Of a DNA stretch of 14,461 bases, positions 8,800-14,461 are shown one piece after another. Below the pieces are notes generated by a model, which saw only the letters and a program-made list of their open reading frames with translations, did not search any database and had not been told where the DNA came from. The stretch comes from Octopus sinensis (taxonomy: Eukaryota), in contig NW_021825786.1 of the NCBI RefSeq assembly GCF_006345805.1, positions 1 through 14,461 of the forward strand, written 5' to 3'. The translations under genes were made by a program, and so were the position numbers. Position 1 is the first letter of the stretch; each line of letters begins with the position of its first letter.

Positions 8800-8980
8800 A
8801 TTGCTTGACAAACGGTGTTGGTTTATTCATGTTCCCCATAACATAGCAGTTTGGCAAACGTGACTGACAGAATAAGCACCAGGCTTAGGAAATAAGTACT
8901 GGGACTGATTTGTTCAACTAAATACTTGAAAGTGGTGCCTCAGCATGGCCGCAATCCAATGACTGAAACCAGCAAAAGAT
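8800..8980 (+). mobile_element. Old diverged 3' half of a group A-related SINE
   Basis: attgcttgacaaacggtgttgg...agaataagcacc...cagcatggccgcaatccaatgactgaaacc aligns with 695-865 with many substitutions. Confidence 0.8.
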
Positions 8981-8987
8981 ATGTATA

Positions 8988-9417
8988 TACTCTTTTTTAC
9001 TCTTTTTACTCTTTTTACTCTTTTTACTTGTTTCAGTCATTTGACTGCGGCCATGCTGGAGCACCGCCTTTAGTCGAGTAAATCGACCCCGGGACTTATT
9101 CTTTGTAAGCCCAGTACTTATTCTATCGGTCTCTTTTGCCGAACCGCTAAGTAACGGGGACGTAAACACACCAGCATCGGTTGTCAAGCAATGTTAGGGG
9201 GACAAAACACAGACACACAACACACACAACATATTATATATATATATATACATATATACGACAGGCTTCTTTCAGTTTCCGTTCTACCAATCCCAATCGC
9301 ATGGTCGGCCCGGGGCTATAGCAGAAGACACTTGCCCAAGATGCCACGCAGTGGGACTGAACCCGGAACCATGTGGTTGGTTAGCAAGCTACTTACCAAA
9401 CAACCACTCCTGCGCCT
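8988..9417 (-). mobile_element. tRNA-derived SINE, group A, full length
   Basis: Reverse complement of the 6722-7165 type; head aggcgcaggagtggttg; tail of about four AAAAAGAGT-type units at 8988-9027. Confidence 0.93.
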
Positions 9418-9505
9418 GTGTGTAAAAGAAATTAATGAAACGACAAAGGAACATATTATTTATACATTTATACAATTCAATAGATCCGCATTCATAATGT
9501 ACTCA

Positions 9506-9542
9506 CCCCCACCCACCCACCCACCCACCCACCCATCCACCC
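9506..9542. repeat. (CCCA)n / (TGGG)n tetranucleotide repeat
   Basis: Directly visible. Confidence 0.9.
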
Positions 9543-9949
9543 ATATATTATGCAAATATGTATGTGCGCACGCATGCCATTCATATAACTATAATAAAGT
9601 GTAATTAAAAATAACGCAGTAACATTTGTCACTAATTATATACTATTCATAGAAACATTTCGGTGAAGCAGATGGTTGTTGTGTGGTGGTAGTAGTGGTG
9701 CTGGAAACTTATGAGTGCGGGGAATTTGTTTACGAGAGACGAAGGGGGATTTTAGACAAAAGGGGTCGTACTTTCGTTTTACGTTCCTCCATCTTGTTTT
9801 CCAATTGATTATTTTTTATTATCTTCTTTCTTAAAGATACATTTTCGTTTTTTTTTTTTTTTTCCTTCTTTTAGAATTTCTGCTTTGTCCCATTACTGCA
9901 TATCTACTGCATCGGCATAATCACCTTCATTCCGTTCTGGAGAGGAGGC

Positions 9950-10221
9950 TATTATTATTGTATTATTATTATTTATATTATTATTATTATTATTATTATT
10001 ATCATGTCATTATTATTATATCATTATTATTATTATTATTATTATTATATATTATTATTATTATTATATTATCATCATCATTTTTCATCATTATTATTAA
10101 TATTATCATTATTATATTATTATCTCATCATTATATAATATTATTCATTATTATTATTATTATTATTATTATTGTTGTTGTTGTTGTTGTTATTGTATTA
10201 TTATCATCATCATCATCATCA

Positions 10222-10255
<34 letters not shown>

Positions 10256-10316
10256 CATTATCATCATTATTATTATTTAATTATTATTATTATTAATATT
10301 ATCATTATTCATTATA

Positions 10317-10348
<32 letters not shown>

Positions 10349-10358
10349 TATTATTATT
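9950..10358. repeat. (TAT)n array with CAT/GTT variants; reads (TAA)n on the - strand
   Basis: Directly visible; abuts the 3' end of LINE copy 2. Confidence 0.97.
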
Positions 10359-10830
10359 CAGTAGTTTTATTTTTATAGCGTGCTTTCACTTCACTACGAG
10401 CGCAGCTCTGTATGCCTTGGGTATGTGCTTGTGATTTGTTGTGATGCTCTGATGGTTATTGTATGGAAAGTGTTCTGCGTAGGATGTGTGCAGTGCTAGT
10501 AGTGCAATTTCTGTATGTTATATGTGTTTGTAAGTCTGGTGTTTTTGTTATGTATTTGTCTGAATATTTTTTTATCATGCCTAATGCACCTACTATGATA
10601 GGAATTGTTTCTGTTTTCAGATTCACCATTCTAGTTCCTCTATTTCCAGGTTCTTGTATTTTGAGAGTTTCTCCATTTCTTTTAGAGACACGTTGTCATC
10701 AGCCGGTATTGATACATCAATTAGGAAGCATTTTTTTTCTTCATGATCTCTGACAACTATATCTGGTCTGTTGGGCCTAATTTCTCTATCTGTGTGATCG
10801 GCATGTATCCAGAGTATGGTTGCTTTCTCG
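10357..10830 (-). mobile_element. R4/Dong-like non-LTR retrotransposon 3' fragment, copy 2
   Basis: The reverse complement aligns with 4579-5053 throughout (RPDIVVRD..CFLIDVSIP..ETIPIIVGALGMIKKYSDKY..TAHILRRTLSIQ*) and ends aaaataaaactactgaa followed by (TAA)n. Confidence 0.88.
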
Positions 10831-10845
10831 GTTTTTTTTTGTTTT

Positions 10846-11146
10846 TTTATTATTATATTATATTATATTATTATTATTATTGATATTATCATTATCATCA
10901 ATCATCATCATCATATTATTTCATTAATATTATTGTGTATTGTTTTGTTATTGTTATTATACATTATTATACATCATATCATCATTACTATTATTTTACT
11001 ATTATTATTATATTATTATTATTATATTATTATCATTATTATTATTATTATTAAATTATTATTATCATTATCATTATCATTATTATATATTATTGTTGTT
11101 ATATTAATTATTATTATCATTATCATATCATTATATATTATTATTA

Positions 11147-11179
<33 letters not shown>
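10846..11179. repeat. Degenerate (TAT)n array; reads (TAA)n on the - strand
   Basis: Directly visible; lies between LINE copies 3 and 2. Confidence 0.96.
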
Positions 11180-11180
<1 letters not shown>

Positions 11181-12456
11181 GTAGTTTTAATTTTGTCCCG
11201 TGCTTTCACTGCACTACCGAGCGCAGCTCTGTGTGCCTTGGCTATGTGCTGTGGTTTGTTGTGATGCTCTCACTTTTCACTATATTAAAAGCGTTTTACG
11301 TAGGATGTGTGCGGTGGCTAGTAGTGCTATTCTCTGTATGTTATATATACTTGTAAGTCCTGGTGTTTTTGTTGTGTATACCTAACACGCCTACTATAAT
11401 AGGAATTGTTTCTATTTTTGAACTCCACATTTGAGTTATCTCTATTTCCAGGTCTTTGTATTTTGCAAGTTTCTCCGTTTTTGTTAGAGAAACATTGTCA
11501 TCTGTTGGTACTCATATATCGATTAGAAAGCATTTTTTCTTCATGATCTCTGACTACTATATCCGGCCTATTAGTCTTATTTTCTCTGTGTGTATTGGCA
11601 TATCCCATAGCATGGTTGTTTTCTCATTTTCTATGACAATTTTTGGCGTGTTCCTATACCATCTTTTTCCTGTTGTTATTCCATTGTGTTGACATAGTTT
11701 CCAGTGTATATAGATCCCAACTCTGTCGTGTCTGTGAAGATATTCCTTCTTAGCCAGGACTGGGCAGCCAGAGACAATATTCTCCACATATTCTGCAGTT
11801 ATTTGTATTTCTTTTCATTACATGTTTTGGTTATTTCAGGTGGGGAGGCTTTGATCTTGTGCTGCAATTAAAAACCCATCAATATCTGCATTGAGTCCTG
11901 AGCTTCTTAGCCATTATTGGGATTTTGCTTTGTCTGTTTCTTTTTCTGTTCAGTTTAACCCAGGATTTGCCATGAAGGGGCTTTTCTTGCCATCGTTTTT
12001 ATCAAGATCTGTTGCTGTTCCAGTTTTAGTTTGGATTTCAGTTGTTTTTACAGCTTTTGTTGTTTCTTCTTTTTCTTCATAGTTGTTAGGTACTATGACT
12101 TCTCGTTTGTATTTGTAAGCTTCCTTAAAGACTAAAAACAACTTTTTGCTTTGTTCATGTTTTGTGGCTATTTGTATTAGTTTTCTTTGCTTCTGAAGGA
12201 GGTATTTCTGTAGTCCTATGGTGGTTATTTTGCAATAGTTTTCTAGCTGTATAAGGCCTCTACAACCTTCGATACATTGTATATATAATTTTCCTATCTC
12301 AGATTTTGGGTGGTGCATCCTAAATCCTGTCATTATCTTTCTTGTTTTGCTGTCTATTTTGATTAGTTCATTTCGAGTCCAGTTAAGAATATTGTAGCTG
12401 TAACTTATAGCAGAGATAGCTATAGTGTTCATACCTATTATCTTGCTTTTCGCATT
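11179..12456 (-). mobile_element. R4/Dong-like non-LTR retrotransposon 3' fragment, copy 3 (~1.28 kb)
   Basis: Same 3' UTR (gcacatagccaaggcacacagagctgcgctcggtagtgcagtgaaagcacg) followed by (TAA)n; extends further 5' than copies 1 and 2. Confidence 0.9.
11277..12456 (-). pseudogene. Disrupted retrotransposon polyprotein C-terminus: end of RT/thumb, zinc-knuckle region and restriction-like endonuclease
   Basis: ORF 11950-12432 has NT.A....YS....W...EL..ID.KTRK.MT....HHPKS....LY....EG.RGL, like the post-RT LY.PR..GGRGL motif. ORF 11557-11787 has IVSGCPVLAKKEYLHRHD.V...IHW.LC, the tail of a CCHC knuckle plus RHD. An RPDIVVRD motif follows in a shifted frame. Frameshifts and deletions are present, and the first CxxC appears lost. 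Confidence 0.85.
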
Positions 12457-12667
12457 CTTCTTCTTCTTCTTCTTCTTCTTATTCTCTCTTCTCTCTTCTT
12501 CTCTTCTTCTTTTTTTCTTTTCTTCTTTCTCTTCTTCTTCTTCTTCTTTTCTTCTTCTTCTTTTCTTCTTTTTCTTTTATCTTCTTATTCTTTTTTCTTC
12601 TTCTTCGTCTTCTTCTTCTTCTTCTTCTTTCTCTTCTTCTTCTTCTTCGTCTTCTTCTTCTTCTTCT
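12456..12667. repeat. (TCT)n polypyrimidine array; reads (GAA)n on the - strand
   Basis: Directly visible; abuts the 5' truncation point of LINE copy 3. Confidence 0.97.
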
Positions 12668-12932
12668 ACCAATCAGGACTCACGTCATTAGCCACAAAGA
12701 ATTAATCTCTAATTCGAGCCTACTCTAAGCTACTAAGAATGCGTGTGACAACTTGAAGATCCACCCACCACACGCGATAGACTGGCAGTTGCACGGGCGC
12801 GAAAGCTACGTTGTCATCCTCATTCCGTAAACAGTGGCTTTTAACGGGTGGATTCGCAATCTAGACTAGGGTCTGAAAGTTTACCACGCCATAGTGGGTT
12901 ACACCATGGTTCCTCTGCTTTGTGGCAGAAGT

Positions 12933-12972
12933 AGGAAGAAAGAGTGAGAGAAAGTTGTGGTGAAAGAGTACA
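12933..12972 (-). mobile_element. Fragment of the SINE group C middle module; the element may extend on the - strand down to ~12668
   Basis: Reverse complement tgtactctttcaccacaactttctctcactctttctt matches 7339-7375 at 34 of 37 positions. Confidence 0.7.
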
Positions 12973-13280
12973 TATTCGCCATATAACAAATAAATGTTTA
13001 AACGAATTTAACGGTCTTTGTGTGTTTCTGAACGAGTAACTCATACATTCCACGCTGCAATCGCCTTGGATCAATACCTACAGTTATTGGCAAACGTTCT
13101 TACAATTTCGACATGATTACGTAGTCTCTTTGATAAATTGAATCGTCACAAAACAGGACTGATATAGTTGGATAAATTTTCTCATATAAAATGGTTTATG
13201 TCACATTTAAAATATGAAAAATTTTAGCAGAATAAATGCATGTGTTTGTGTGAGTGCATTTGTTTGTATCTGTAGGTCTT

Positions 13281-13465
13281 CTCATATCTTTACTGCCCAC
13301 AAGGGGCTAAACACAGAGGGGGCAAACAAGGACAGACAAACGGATTAAGTCGATTTCATCGACCCCAGTGCGTAACTGGTACTTAATCTATCGACCCTGA
13401 AAGGATGAAAGTCAAAGTCGGCCTCGGCGGAATTTGAACTCAGAATATAACGGCAGACGAAATAC
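13281..13465 (-). mobile_element. SINE group D, head-truncated unit of a tandem dimer
   Basis: Near-identical to 13466-13650; stops at gcagacgaaatac, where the tail of the next copy begins. Confidence 0.92.
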
Positions 13466-13698
13466 CTATTTCTTTACTACCCACAAGGGGCTAAACACAG
13501 AGGGGACAAACAAGGACAGACAAAGGGATTAAGTCGATTACATCGACCCCAGTGCGTAACTGGTACTTAATTTATCGACCCCGAAAAGAATGAAAGGCAA
13601 AGTCGACCTCAGCGGAATTTGAACTCAGAACGTTGCGGCAGACGGAATACCGCTAAGCATTTCGTCCGGCATGTTAACGTTTCTGCCAGCTCGCCGCC
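13466..13698 (-). mobile_element. SINE group D, full length
   Basis: Reverse complement begins ggcggcgagctggcagaaacgttaac, has B box GAGTTCAAATTCC and core gcctttcattcttttcggggtcgataaattaagtaccag, and ends tagtaaagaaatag. Confidence 0.92.
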
Positions 13699-13767
13699 AT
13701 ATTCAACTTTCTAGTAATACAACCAATCCACTGCCCTTCCACTGTCAATCCACTGCCTTGACTCGTC

Positions 13768-13871
13768 TTTTTATCGAGCACGAAAAAAAATAAAGGCAAA
13801 GTTGACCTAGGTTGGATTTGAACTCAAGATGTATAGAATCGAAACATCTTAGCCAACTCTCTAACGGCTCT
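13768..13871 (-). mobile_element. SINE group D, heavily degraded fragment
   Basis: tttatcgag...aaaggcaaagttgacctaggttggatttgaactca...ctaacggctctg follows the group D motif order. Confidence 0.7.
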
Positions 13872-14094
13872 GTTGCCATCACGATTTCTTTTCGCTCTCC
13901 ATGACTTAGAAAAACTGCATGACCATGACCTTTTTAAATGCCTCCGAGGAAGAAAAGAAGTTTCTTACGGACCAGAGACGAGGTATAAATATTTTCAATA
14001 CAGTAAACTCTGCTAAAGACACCCGAGAGAGGAATATGAATTATTACATCAGCATCAATGTTAGTAGTGTTTATCTCTCCTAAATAGCTAACAA

Positions 14095-14354
14095 GTGGAG
14101 GCGCGTGGCTTAGTGGTTAGGGTGTCAGCATCACGATCGTAAGATTGTGGTTTCGATTCCTGGACCGAGCGACGCGTTGTGTTCTTGAGCAAAACACTTC
14201 ATTTCACGTTGCTCCAGTCCACTCAGCTGGCAAAAATGAGTAACGCTGCGATGGACTGGCGTCCCGTCCAGTTGGGGAACACATACGCCATAGAAACCGG
14301 GAAACCTGGCCCATGAGCCTGGCTAGGCTTTAAAAGGGCGCATTTATTTATTTT
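14095..14354 (+). mobile_element. tRNA-derived SINE with a group B head and a different tail (B'), full length, with an imperfect target-site duplication
   Basis: A box TGGCTTAGTGG (14106-14116), B box GTTTCGATTCC (14150-14160), (ATTT)n tail. Flanks TAAATAGCTAACAA (14081-14094) and TAAATAGTAAACAA (14355-14368) are 12/14 identical. Confidence 0.9.
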
Positions 14355-14461
14355 TAAATAGTAAACAATATAACTTTTGTAGAACCAGGTCCATTGAGGA
14401 CCTGTACTACTATTTTATTTACCAATTGGTCTTAATCCCAGAGAAATTTGGTGAAAAGAAA

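Noticed and set aside
466-9604. Three ORFs sharing the peptide WSARGYSRRHLPK.PRSGTEPGTMWLV (466-696, 6718-6990, 9191-9604)
   Set aside because: All are the antisense strand of SINE A copies. The similarity comes from the repeat, and they run through (TA)n/(CA)n tracts.
9842-9950. Strong polypyrimidine tract plus AG at 9873-9874
   Set aside because: No good donor site before the TAT array, and no recognisable peptide.
9958-11184. Poly-I/Y/L ORFs that look like membrane proteins
   Set aside because: Translations of (TAT)n arrays.
4655-11692. Similar short ORFs MYLSEYFFIMPNAP... (4655-4858 -, 10463-10753 +) and related ORFs at 11200-11692 +
   Set aside because: They are antisense to the LINE fragments; the meaningful RLE translation is on the opposite strand.
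13723-13757. Short direct repeat caatccactgcc x2
   Set aside because: A small local slippage duplication with nothing identifiable between the copies.
14097-14170. tRNA-like sequences here and at ~7192 and ~6723
   Set aside because: A and B boxes are present, but I could not fold a full cloverleaf, and each continues into a SINE body and tail.

Overview
Gene-poor, AT-rich eukaryotic DNA (intron or intergenic), made almost entirely of transposable-element relics and microsatellites. The SINE families match ones I recall from Octopus (cephalopod) genomes; this is recognition from memory, not a database search. I see no intact protein-coding gene, true tRNA or CRISPR array, and nearly all long ORFs in the track are microsatellite or SINE artefacts. 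Content: (i) about 15 copies or fragments of four tRNA-derived SINE groups, labelled A-D here, which share and swap internal modules; (ii) three 5'-truncated copies of an R4/Dong-like non-LTR retrotransposon (RT C-terminus, zinc-knuckle region, restriction-like endonuclease), each ending in a trinucleotide array; (iii) two ~400-bp non-autonomous Helitron-like elements (A|TC...hairpin...CTAG|T); (iv) large (ATGT)n, (GAA/GAG)n, (TAT)n, (TCT)n and (GTA/GGT)n arrays. The best leads are the microsatellite-targeting LINE (TAA versus GAA flanks, with a recurrent ~480-bp short form), SINE-D multimers joined at a fixed site in their own head, SINE head/tail module swapping, and concentric inverted repeats that could form ADAR substrates.
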